This document shows, in pieces, positions 38,514-50,169 of a DNA stretch of 64,000 nucleotides. The translations under genes and the position numbers were made by a program. The notes below the pieces were generated by a model. That model was given only the letters and a program-made list of their open reading frames with translations, was not told where the DNA came from and did no database searches. Source of the stretch: Chiloscyllium plagiosum (Eukaryota); the NCBI RefSeq assembly GCF_004010195.1, contig NC_057719.1:31042957-31106956 (forward strand), in the 5' to 3' direction. Numbering within the stretch: position 1 is the first letter of the stretch; every line of letters starts with the position of its first letter.

Positions 38514-41500
38514 GTAAGTTATTGTTTGAGATTTACTAGAATTGTACTGAGTTTCAAGTCATTTGATGATTTGTAATTCTTGTTATTTAATTTTCTGGAT
38601 CATACTATTTGTTCTTATTACTTTGTCTACACATTCATAATGGGACTTCCTTATCTATAAACCATCTCCGTCTTCCTGAAAAATTGCAAAAATTCTCAAA
38701 ATAGCTTAGAATGAAATGCCACCTTGAAAAGATGTTACTAATGATCATTTGCCTACCATGTGAAATAACTCCACAGAGGCTGGTATCCCATCACCAGGTC
38801 ACTCTTTCTTTACATGTGCGTAGTACTTAGCATTGGTCCAGCTCTCTCAGAGTCAGCTCTCAGAGTCACCAGAACTTCCTGTTTATGTCTGCCAGCCAGT
38901 GTTGATAAATGATGCCCACTGTCTGTGACCAACACTTCAGCGAGCCCACGTATTGCAAAAAATGCCCACAGGTTTTTCTATCATCATCCCTGTATTGGAC
39001 AAATGAACTCTATGAAGGTCCAATTACTTTGAGTGGGTGTCCACGACTAAGGACATTGAGCCCATGAAAAGGCTGGAATAGTCAAGTGTAACCGAGTCCA
39101 AGGTCTACCTGGCCATTCCCACAAATGTAGGGGAGCTACTGGCAGTAATTTTTGTCCACTGCCCCATCATTGAAGCTTTGTATCTACATCCAATCCTGGT
39201 TACCAGACACAACTTCTCACCAATATCTTCATTTTGGAAAACCCCTGGATGACTCTGGTGGAGTTAACCAGTATCTGGCATTTGCTACTTGGCTACCTGG
39301 ACCGTGTTCCAGCCCATTGCTGAATTTAACCTGAAACTATAGGAGGCACAGCCTTGACCTCTTTGAGTAGTCCTAGTAAGGATTTGTTGTCTGTTACTAT
39401 TACAGATTTACCTGTGTTAAGATATTGATGGAACTTTCACAAGATGACTGCCAAACCTTCCTACTCTATCTACGTATATTCGTGCTCTGCATCAGCCAAA
39501 ATCTGGGAAACATATGCTATTGGGCATTCCTTTCCATTGGGCCATCTGTCGGCCAACACCACCCCAATACCATACGGAGAGACATTGCCTGAAGGCACCA
39601 GATCTCGCTTGGGATCATAGTGTGCCAACATCTTAGACAGTGGTAGCTGCTTCTTCATTTCCCGACATGCTATGTCTTGGTTATGGGGCCATTTTCAAGG
39701 CTGACCTTTTTTCAATAGCAGATGTAAGGGTGCCAGGTTACATAGAGTCAGAGTCACAGAGATGTACAGCATGGAAATTGACCTTTTGGTCCAACTCATC
39801 CATGCTGACCAGATATCATATCAACTTTCTGTAATAATTCATCAGTCCAAGGAAAGACCTAAGCTCTGGTACACTCGTGGAAGCGGAGGTACTTTTGATC
39901 ACCCTCATGTCATCTTCCAACGAGTTTAACCCAACTTTGTCAACTCTGTAGCCCAAGTAGGTCACTTGGGGTGCCTAGGACACATATTTCTCCCTACTAA
40001 GGCAGACACCCCCTTGAAGAAATGTCTAAGGACTATGTCCAAGTTTTCTAAGTGTTCTTTATTGGTCTTCCCTGTTATGAGCACATCATCCAGATAAATG
40101 GCAACTTGGGGCAGACCTTATAAAATGTTCTCCATCATGTGCTGTGAAATGGCACAGGCTGATGATAGCCCAAATGGCAGTACATACGCATGGCTCATGT
40201 CCAGCTTCATGAAGAACAGACCCCCTGCGAGCTTTGCTCTAGGTCCTCTATGAGGGAGGTTGGGTATTTATTAAGCTGCAAAAAGCTCCTTACCGTTTGT
40301 GTAAAATTCTCACAAAGGCGAACCGACCAATTGGGCATCACAATTGGTACGACTGGTGTTTCTCATTCCACAAACTGTACTGGTTTGACAATTTGTGCAT
40401 TTTCCAGTCTGTTGATTTCTGCCTCTACTTTTGCACATTAGGTTAAATTGCACTGGACAGGCCTTGCAGAATTGTGAAAATGCTTCCTGGTTAACATGCA
40501 AGATGGCCTTGACTCCTTTCATAGCTCCTAGTCTTTCCTGAGAAACCTTTGATTATTTAATAGGACTTCACTCAAGTATTCATCTGCTAATTGAAAAATG
40601 TTGAGCCAATCAAGGTGAATCTTTCTCAACCAATTTTGCCCTATCAGGCTTGGGCCCAAGCCTTTTACTACAATCAGTGGTAACTGAACCAGCTACTTCC
40701 CATAAAAGAATGGAACTGAAGTTGTACCCTTAATCTGTAAATGTTTGCCAGCTTAGCTTCTCAGTCTATCTGAGGTCTTGCACAAACGTAAGAATTGGAG
40801 AGGAGAGTGAACTTTGTTAAGACAAGTTCTGCAGTCACTGATACAGCTGCGCCAGTGTCAACCTCCATTAGAACTGGGTGACATTTAACCAAACATTTAT
40901 TTTGATTCATTTTGATTTGGATGTTGCTAGGCAATTTAACTGTTCCAAGCCAGACGTACGTTTGCTTCCCAAAGTGTGCACTTGCCTGGATACTGGCCTA
41001 TGAGTTCTCTAACTCAGTTCAGGCCTAGTAGGACTCTTTTGCATTGAATCTGCATATCAGCAGCAACTATAATGGCTTGCTGGCCCAGATCGCGAAGAAA
41101 ATGGTTGATCGAGGCTTGGCTTTGTTTTAGGGTTTTGCTATGGGCTGACCTAGAGTCCCCTTGCTCAGGATATATCTTGAGTGAGGCTCTTTACTCAAGT
41201 GGTGGCCTGGAGACAGTGTCTACTTCCGCTGGCATGCTCTCTAACTCATATGCTCCACTAGCCACATTTTCCAATGATAAAGCAAGTTGCAGTGCCAGTT
41301 TGAAGTTCAAAATCACACAACACCAGGTTATAGTCCAACAGATTTAATTGGAAGCACACTAGCTTTCAGAGTGCCGCTTCTTCATCAGGTGGTTGTGGAG
41401 GACACAAATGTAAGACACAGAATTTATAGCAAAAGTTTACAGTGTGATGTAACTGAAATTATACATTGAAAAATACCTTGATTGTTTCATCTGTTCGAAT

Positions 41501-42668
41501 ACCATGATGTGTAAATCACAAAACATTTTTTAAAAAGTTGCATTCTCAGGTTAACTTTAACAATTGGTGTTAGCTAGACAATATGTTGAAGGTGTTGGCC
41601 CCGTGTTCTCTGTCTGTGCCATAACAGAGTCTTACATAAATTCATGCAGTTTTTGAGCAAAGTACGATGTAACTCTGCAAGTACGAATTCACCCCATATA
41701 TGTATATGTATATGTGTGCATGTGAGTCTTTGTGTATGTATGTATGTGTGTATGTGTCTGTGTGTGTGTGTCTGTCTGTCTGTCTCTGGGGTGGGGGTTG
41801 TGAAAAGTGGCCGAGCAGAGGCTGATAACTAATATTCATATCCATAGTGAGGGCCTCAACCGGGACCTTGGGTTCATGTCACACCACAGGTGACCACCAT
41901 TGCAATGTACACACACATGGACACTCCTGCGCGCGCACACACACACACGCACTCCTATACACACATATACACAGACACGCACGCACGCACACACACACAC
42001 ACTACCACACTCACACATGCATCCTCTCAGAGACTTAGACCACTCTACACTCACGCACACACATATACACTCTCTCTCACAGACACTAACAACTCCCCAC
42101 CCCAGACACAAACACACTCCTACTAATACCCACGCCCCCCCCCCACTCACACATGCACCCCTCACAGATTTAAGACACTCTACATTCACATACACACACA
42201 CATATACACTCTCTCTCACACTCTCAACCCCCCAACCCAGACAGACAGACACACACGTGCACACACACACATACACAAAGACCCACATGCACACATATAC
42301 ATAGACATTTGTGGGGTGAATTTGTACTTGCAGAGTTACATTGTACTTTGCTCAAAAACTGCATGAATTTATGTAAGACTCTGTTATCTCACTTTTTAGT
42401 TGGAATCAGTCTAAACATTATGGCACAGACAGAGAACACACCTTCAACATATTGTCTAGCTAACACCAATTAGTACAGTTAATCTGAGATGCAACTTTTA
42501 AAAGAAAGTTTTGTGATTTACACATGAAAGAAGTGAACCTATCATGGTATTCGAACAGATGAAAGACTCCACAAACAACCAAGGTATTTTTCCATGTATA
42601 ATTTCAGTTACACCACACTGTAAACTTTTTCTATAAATTCTGTGTCTTACAATTGTGTCCTCCACAAC

Positions 42669-42703
42669 CACCTGATGAAGGAGCGGTGCTCCGAAAGCTA
42701 GTG
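42669..42703 (+). ncRNA. Minimal type I hammerhead ribozyme (PLE family C)
   Basis: CAC-CTGATGA-A-GGAGC-GGT-GCTCC-GAAA-GCTA^GTG: helix I CAC/GTG, helix II 5 bp, palindromic AGCT stem III. Confidence 0.85.
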
Positions 42704-44139
42704 CTTCCAATTAAACCTGTTGGACTATAACAGAGAGTTACCTGGACACTTTGTTTCAGGAGGCAGTCACACCTGGGAGATTAAGTAATTCACATTCAGT
42801 TGGTGATCAGGGACATCAGAGTGTGACTATAAGTGAGGCAGGCAGGGGGAACTTGAGTTCAGGAATGCTAGAGCCTCAGCCCTTGACCTTGTCCAACAGG
42901 TATGAGATTCTTGCTCCCTATATGAATGAGGAAAAGGGCTCCGGACAGGATGAGCCAGCTGACCACGGAACCATGGTGCAGAAGGCCATTCAAGAGGGGG
43001 GAGCAAAAAAACAAGTAGTTGTTATAGGGGATTCTATAATTAGGGGGACAGATAGTATCCTATGCAAGCCGGATCGGGAGTCTCGCATGGTGTGTTGCCT
43101 GCCCGGTGCCAGGGTGCGGGACATCTCCGACCGGCTTGAAAGGATATTGGAGCGGGAGGGGGAAGATCCAGTTGGGACTAACAACATAGGCAAAGCTGGG
43201 GGGGAGGACCTGTTTGGGGATTATCAAGCACTAGGAAGGAAATTGAAGTACAGGTCCTCAAGGGTCATAATCTCCGATTACTGCTCGAGCCACGTGCCAA
43301 TTGGCATAGTGATAAGAAAATTAGGTAAGTAAACACATGGCTAAGGGATTGGTGTGGGAAAGACGGATTCCACTTCATGGGGCATTGGCATCAGTTTTGG
43401 AACGGGGGGGATCTGTACCGTTGGAACGGTCTCCTCCTGAACCGATCTGGTACCAATGATTTAGCGAAGAGCATAAATAGGGTGGTCATTAGGACTTTAA
43501 ACTTCTGAGTTGGGGGGAAGGGAAAGTGAAAGCGACAGGGAGTATGGAGTTAAATGGAAAGATAAGCAGGAGGATAGCATGTATTCAGGTGGATTTAACC
43601 TTGAGGCAGATTAGGAATGCAACAAAAAAGGAAGGATAACTTAGGACATCTTATGACTTCCAATATCTCTAATGATAAGAATGTTAGCATTAAGGCACTT
43701 TACCTGAATGCTCGTAGCATTCGTAACAAAGTAGATGAACTAACGGCACAGCTCATCGTGCATGATTATGATGTGGTAGGCATCACAGAGACATGGTTGC
43801 AGGGGGTTCAGGACTGGCAGTTAAACATCCAAGGATTTACAATTTATCGAAAAGACAGGGAGGTGGGCAGAGGGGGCGAGGTGGCCTTGTTAGTTAAGAA
43901 CAAAATTAAATCTATGGCACTGAATGACATAGGGTCGGATGATGTGGAGTCTGTGTGGGTGGAATTGAGGAACCACAAAAGCAAAAAAACCATAATGGGA
44001 GTTATGTACAGACCTCCTAACAGTGGTCAGGACCAGAGACGCAACATGTACCGGGAAATAGAGAAGGCATGTCAGAAAGGGAAGGTTACAGTGATCATGG
44101 GAGACTTCAATATGCAGGTGGACTGGGTAAATAATGTTC

Positions 44140-44279
44140 ATTTGGAGACAGTGCCTGTTTAATTGCTGTAAACAAAAAGCATGATCACTGTTGATGTAAT
44201 GTTTCTGCAGGACCTGGAGATCTCCTTTGGATAATCCAATTTTCGGATAATTGGTATTCGGATAATCGAGGTTCCTCTG
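44140..44279. mobile_element. pogo/Tigger-like transposon end
   Basis: Three TT(C/T)GGATAAT motifs ending CGAGGTTCCTCTG; abuts a minus-strand CR1. Confidence 0.65.
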
Positions 44280-44280
44280 T

Positions 44281-45270
44281 TCCATCAAAATTGGCCTTCC
44301 TCCCATTTAGAACTTCAGCTTTTAGATTTGGTCTATCCTTTTGCATTACTATTTTATATCTAATAGAATTATGGTCACTGGCCCCAAAGCGCTCCCCCAC
44401 TGATACCTCAATCACTTGCCCTGCCTTATTTGCCAAAGATAGGTCAAGTTTTGCACACTCTCTCGTAGGTATATCCACATACTGAAGCAGAAAGTTTTCT
44501 TGTGTACACTTAACAAATTCCTCTCCATCTAAACTTTGACTACGATGGTAGTCCCAGAGTATGTTTGGGAAGTTAAAATTCCCTATCATAACCACCCTAT
44601 TATTCTTACAGATAACTGAAATCTCCTTTAAAATTGGTTTCTCAATTTCCCACTGACTATTGAGGGTCTACAGTACTATTCTTCTATTCCTACCCTCACT
44701 AGCTCGTAACACCGGATATTATCCAGATATTACCACTCGAGGAGCTCCTTTTTAAAATTCTTAACTTTCTATATTACCAGACAGAATCTCATCCTTCTGC
44801 CTTCCTATGTCATTCGTTCCAATGTGTACAACGTCCTCCTGCTGGTCCCTCTCCTCTTTGAAAATATTCTGCGCACTCTCCAAAATATCTTTGATCCTGG
44901 CACTAGGGAGGCAACACACCATTCTGATTTTTCGCTGATGGCCGCAGAAATATTCACTGTTCATTTTTTTTTTTAGACGCACTCCAATATCCAAAGATAC
45001 TTAAACTCACAACAGCAAAGGCAGTAGCTGTGCAGACCCACTGCTGAGAGAGCCAGCAGCGTGGGTTTCTTTCTGACCTTGTGTTCTCTCCATTTGTCTC
45101 TCTTCCTCCCTTTTAAAGGACGCTGTTTTGATCTTTCTCCCCCACAGTTCCAAAACAATGCAACAGCATATAAAACAGTAATTACTGCTCCTGGAATTTG
45201 AGGAAATCACCTCTCCAATAGCCAAGATACCTCAAAAAGCAGTGCTTACAGCCACAATTTTACTGCCAAA
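44281..45270 (-). mobile_element. CR1 5' portion (5' UTR, esterase piece, APE piece) with deletions
   Basis: MVCCLPSARIKD..HIGTNDIG and IGNFNFPNILW..SDHNSI; UTR homologous to 2780-3000. Confidence 0.8.
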
Positions 45271-46564
45271 TTTTAATGTGATAGGTTGATTTGTACATTT
45301 GGTTGCTGCATCTCCCTTCAAAACAGTGACTGCACTTGCAAAAAATAAACCATTGTTTGTGAAGTGTTTAGAATCATCTGTGAATGGAATGTGATGCGAC
45401 AGAAGTACTATCGTTTTCTTACTGTTACATTGAAATTTTTTTCTTCTTTTGAATGTATACAGAAAATGACAAAAAAAAGTTGAAAGAGCCAGTTTCAAGA
45501 TAGAAACAGTCTGATGTAATTGAACAGCTGAAGATTTTCGGAGGATGCGACTGTATGATTGTACCTGGCTTCTGTTCCTATTCTTACCTTCTTATCTACT
45601 AAATGTTCCTCATAACTTTACCCTTTATCAATAAAACAATTAGCCATCTTCAAACTTGTTAAATCTTCTGTTTCCTCATTTTGCCAAAGCAAATAAGCTC
45701 AATTTTTCTAATATTTCCTTCCAGCCAGATTTTCTTTCCTTCCCAGAAGTGAACATCGATTGGGTCAAATTAATGTCTGACCTAATTAATTCATTGAAAA
45801 AATCCCGCTAATAATGAAATCCGATACTTATTTACTACTTTTCTTAAGTAAATTAATTTATCTTCTGTAATTCGCAGGTTATTTTCTTGATCAGTATGTT
45901 GTACTGTGATTCCATTTTACATGTATTCCATTTCCTTGGTTCCAAACAATTTATTTCACAATGACCAGATTAAATTGTGCAAATCGTTCTTTTACAGGAA
46001 AGTACCAAAGAGAAAGGAAAGATTGGATTTAATTCCTCTTACACAGAACCATAAAAACAAGACAGTTGGGGCTGTTCAACCTATCTAGTCCATGCTGACC
46101 CAAAGACACCCAGATGCCCTTCCTAATTTCATCTTTCAGCACACAGCCCATAGACATGCTTGAATCTTTCTCTAATATTCAGGCTGCCTTCTTACTTGAT
46201 GGCATCTGCAAAGATTTTACTCATACAACTTCAATATAGGAGACTAGGACCCGTGGCACAGCCTTAGAATTAGAGGGGGTCAATTCAGAACAGAAATGCG
46301 GAGACGTTTCTTCAGCCAGAGAGTGGTGGGCCTGTGGAATTCATTGCCGCAGAGTGCAGTGGAGGCCGGGACGCTAAATGTCTTCAAGGCAGAGATTGAT
46401 AAATTCTTGATGTCACAAGGAATTAAGGGCTAAGGGGAGAATGCGGGTAAGTGGAGTTGAATTGCCCATCAGCCATGATTAAATGGCGGAGTGGACTCGA
46501 TGGGCCGAATGGCCTTACTTCCACTCCTATGTCTTATGGTCTTATAACCTGGTATTGTGTGATT

Positions 46565-46928
46565 TTCAACTTTGTACACCCCAGTCCAACACCGGCATCT
46601 CCAAATCATGTTTGAGGTTCAGTTGCACTTCAGCCAGTAGGAGCTTTTGCATGGTCACATCATTAATCCCACTTGCCAAATGGTGTCTCAGTATATCATT
46701 AAGCGTTAAACCAAAGTCACACGCCTCTGCCAGTCATCTTTACCTCTTCAACTTTGTACACCCCAGTCCAACACCGGCATCTCCAAATCATGTTTGAGGT
46801 TCAGTTGCACTTCAGCCAGTAGGAGCTTTTGCATGGTCACATCATTAATCCCACTTGCCAAATGGTGTCTCAGTATATCATTAAGCGTTAAACCAAAGTC
46901 ACACGCCTCTGCCAGTCATCTTTACCTC
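46565..46928. repeat. Perfect 182-bp tandem duplication
   Basis: 46565-46746 is identical to 46747-46928; TTCAA microhomology at the breakpoints. Confidence 0.95.
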
Positions 46929-47117
46929 TTCAAAAATCCCGTCTTGGATTCCCCTGGTTCTCAAACAGCTGAGTAAAACTGATAGCATCTCAGAATTAGA
47001 TTAATTAATATTCCTTAACTCCGTCAGCTCTTGAAAAGTTTTCGTATCTGGTGCCTCAGGAAACATTAGGCTTTTAATAACTGAAAAAGCTGAGCGTCCA
47101 CAATCTCAGGATAATTA

Positions 47118-48872
47118 AAAACTGAAAAACTGTGGATGCTGTAAATCAGAAACAAAAACAGTAGTTACTGGAAAGGTTCAGCACATCTGGCAGCATCTGT
47201 GAAGAGAAACCAAAGTTTCTCAGGTCTGGTGACCCTTCCTCAGAACTGATGGTAGCTAGGAAAATGTCAGTTTATGTGCAGGAGATAGGGTGGAAGGAGA
47301 GGTTAAGGAGTAAGTAGGGGTAGAGCCCAAAGAGAGAGAAGAATAGTTGGACATACAACAGAGTTGATAACGATCTGGCTGGGAGGATGAGTAGCTGTTA
47401 ATGGTGACTAGGCAGAAGTGGGTACTGCAGATGCTGGAGATTAAAGTCAAGATTAGAGTAGTGCTGGAAAACCACAGCAGGTCAGGCAGCATCTGAGGAG
47501 CAGGAAAAATCAACATTTTGGGTAAAAGCCCTTCATCAGGAATGAGGCTGGGAGCCTCGGGGCTGGAGAGATAAGTGGGAGGTGGTGGGGCTGGGGGGAA
47601 GGTAGCTGAGAGTGCAATATGTGAATGGAGGTGGGGGTGAAGGTAATAGGTGGGAGAAGAGGGTGGAGCGGATTGGTGGGAAGGAAGATTGACTGGTGGG
47701 ACAGGTCATGAAGATGGTGCTGAGCTGGAAGGTTGGAACAGGGGTAAGGTGGGGGAGGAGAAATGAGGAAACTGGTGAAGTTCACTGATGCCATGGGGTT
47801 GAAGGTCCCGAGGCGGAAGATGATGAGGTGTTCTTCCTCAAGGCGTCAGGTGGTGAGAGAATGGTGATGGAGGGAGGCCCAGGATCTGCATATCCTCGGC
47901 AGACTGGGAGGGGGAGTTGAAATGTTCGGCCATGGAGCAGTGGGTTGATTGGTGCAGGTGTACCAGAGATTTTTTTTTAGATTAGATTAGATTCTCTACA
48001 GTGTGGAAACAGGCCCTTCGGCCCAACAAGTCCACACTGCCCCTCCGAAGAGAAAACCACCCAGACCTATTCCCCTACCCTATATTTACCCCTGACCAAT
48101 GCACCTAACTCAGTGGGCAATTTAGCATGACCAATTCACCTGACCTGCACATCTTTGGATTGTGGGAGGAAACCGGAGCACCCAGAAGAAATCCACGCAG
48201 ACAAGGGGAGAATGTACAAACTCCACACAGATCGGCGGGAATCGAACCCAGGTTCCTGGTATTGTGAGGCAGCAGTGCTAACCATTGAGCTACCATGCCG
48301 CCCCTTTAAAGCAACGACCAGCCCAGACACGGCATGGCACTGCAAACCTCTCTGAAGGGCTCTGCGAGAAGGCGTCCGGTTTCCCCAAAGTAGAGGAGAC
48401 TGCATCAGGGGAAAGGGATATAATAAATGACACGTGTAGAAGTGCAGGTAAAACTGTGATGAATGTAGAAGGCTCCTTTGGCGCCTTGGATGGAGTGAGG
48501 GGAGAGATGTGCGCGCAGGTTTTGCAATTCCTGCGATGGCAGGGGAAGGTTGGTTGTTGGGGTGTGGACTTGATCAAGTAGTTGTGGAGGGAACGGTCTT
48601 TGCGGAAAGCAAAAAGGGATGGGGAGGGAAATATCTTCCTGGTGGTGGGGTCCGTTTGGAGGTTGTGGAAATGTTAGCGGATGATATGATTTATGCAGAA
48701 GTTGATGGGGTGGATGGTGAGGACCGGAGGGTTCTGTCCTTGTTGGGGTTGGAGGGGTGGGGTTCGAGGACGGAGGTGCGGGACTTGGATGTTAATGGTG
48801 ACTGTTAGTGGCTAACAATTGGTAGTGTGTAATGAGAGACTGTGTGATAACAAGGCCTGGTATGTGTGGTCT
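47118..48872 (-). mobile_element. PLE family B end containing a PLE family A GIY-YIG fragment (about 47411-48789)
   Basis: Inner element flanked by TSD TGTTAATGGTGACT; TFPCHRRNCKTCAHIS motif; degenerate hammerheads near 47225-47248 and 47510-47545. Confidence 0.8.
47978..48303 (-). mobile_element. HE1-type V-SINE inside the PLE
   Basis: Consensus head, core and tail. Confidence 0.9.
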
Positions 48873-48879
48873 AGGATAT

Positions 48880-49480
48880 AACATAGAACATAGAAAAATA
48901 CAGCACAGTACAGGGTTGCGCCGATCCAAGCCCACCTAACCTACACTAGCCCACTATCCTCCATATGCCTATCCAATGCCTGTTTAAATGCCCATAATGA
49001 AGGAGAGTCCACCACTGCTACTGGCAGGGCATTCCATGAACTCACGACTCGCTGAGTAAAAAATCTACCCCTAACATCTGTCCTATACCTACCACCCCTT
49101 AATTTAAAGCTATGCCCCCTCATAATAGCTGACTCCATACGTGGAAAAAGGTTCTCATGGTCAACCCTATCTAAACCCCTAATCATCTTGTACACCTCTA
49201 TCAAGTCACCCCTAAACCTTCTTTTCTCCAATGAAAACAGCCCCAAGTGCCTCAGCCTTTCCTCATACGATCTTCCTACCATACCAGGCAACATCCTGGT
49301 AAACCTCCTCTGCACCCGTTCCAGTGCCTCCACATCCTTCCTATAGTATGGCGACCAAAACTGCACACAATACTCCAGATGTGGCCGCACCAGAGTCTTA
49401 TACAACTGCAACATGACCTCAGGACTCCGGAACTCAATTCCTCTACCAATAAAAGCCAGTATGCCATGTGCCTTCTTCAC
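48880..49480 (-). mobile_element. Young CR1 3' fragment with an open frame
   Basis: ORF 48941-49510 has uninterrupted CR1 C-terminal motifs; tail (TTCTATG)n. Confidence 0.9.
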
Positions 49481-49487
49481 CGAAAAA

Positions 49488-49569
49488 TGACAGTGGCGGG
49501 ATCCGAACACACGCCCCTTTTGAGACTGGAACCGGGATCCAGCACCTTAGACCGCTTGGCCACACTATC
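49488..49569 (-). tRNA. tRNA-Leu-derived sequence (probable pseudogene or element head), apparent anticodon CCG
   Basis: GATAGTGTGGCCAAGCGGTCTAAGGTGCTGGATCCCGGTTCCAGTCTCAAAAGGGGCGTGTGTTCGGATCCCGCCACTGTCA, 82 nt, colinear with vertebrate tRNA-Leu(AAG/TAG); followed by TTTTT. Confidence 0.8.
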
Positions 49570-49935
49570 AGGCACTATAGGGGAGTTCAGTCCCAAACAT
49601 TATCTTAGTGCCTGAAATAATACTGAGATTTCCCTATCAGGAGAACTACTCATTGATTTTCAACTGCTCCAATGTCATTTGCCCATAAAAAGTACATTCT
49701 TTCCACATATTGGGCCCTGTCTTCATCAGCAGGACCAAATGAATCAAGCTTCCCAAATAATGGCATGATGCCAGAAATGCTTACCCAAACTCAAAGATGA
49801 CCATTGCAAGCGAACTTCTTCAGGAGGGTATTTATTTCTCTCATTGCCACTGAATTAACTCTGCAGATCTCCACTAGTCTGGCTTCCTCAGAGACAGCTC
49901 TCAGAGTCAATAGAACCTCTGATACTGCTGTTTAT

Positions 49936-50169
49936 TTTTTTTTAATCTTAATCCCCACACTACCGGCTAGGTGCGGTAGTGCTTATTTTATCCCCAGCAC
50001 CCATGGTGTGTGTGTGCAGGTGTGAGACACAGTGAAAGACACAAAGTGCACGAATCTTTATTCAAATTCCACCACCAGGAAGACAGGAAAACACCCGGGT
50101 GGCCAGTGACAAACACTGCCCTTCGCATCAAAGGGCAGTGCTGTGTGATCAAAACAGTGAAGGGGAGGG
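49936..50169 (-). mobile_element. Poly(A)-tailed retroposed fragment (L1/Tx1-like 3' UTR) inside the Gypsy LTR
   Basis: 16-bp TSD TGATACTGCTGTTTAT, poly(A) tail on the minus strand, AATAAA, two hairpins. Confidence 0.75.

Larger units (their letters stand above)
42732..46542 (+). mobile_element. CR1 LINE (ORF1 esterase + APE at 42732-44138; 3' end at 46237-46542) with its interior replaced
   Basis: VVIGDSIIRG..CLPGARVRD..VGTNNIG; LYLNARSIRNK..GITETWL..MGDFN; TSD TATAAC at 42726-42731 and 46543-46548. Confidence 0.8.
41310..46609. mobile_element. Penelope-like element family C: inverted 5' copy of the terminal repeat, ORF end, (CA)-rich 3' UTR; 3' end displaced by a CR1 insertion
   Basis: 41310-41802 is an inverted copy of about 42220-42731; ORF end [21 protein letters not shown]; last 61 bp at 46549-46609; TSD GTTTGA(A/G)GTTCA. 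Confidence 0.85.

Noticed and set aside
41642..42304. His/Thr- and Cys/Val-rich ORFs
   Set aside because: These are translations of (CA)/(TG) microsatellite in a PLE 3' UTR.
2155..44279. Two complementary pogo-type ends about 42 kb apart as a single giant element
   Set aside because: The right end lies inside an imported segment nested within younger elements; two independent truncated copies is simpler.
45588..45781. Minus-strand exon candidate ending AAG|GTAAGA
   Set aside because: Stops in all three frames and a weak acceptor; more likely an old LINE remnant.
47570..47760. G-rich tract as a G-quadruplex or telomeric signal
   Set aside because: It is the ordinary pyrimidine-rich PLE 3' UTR read on the opposite strand.
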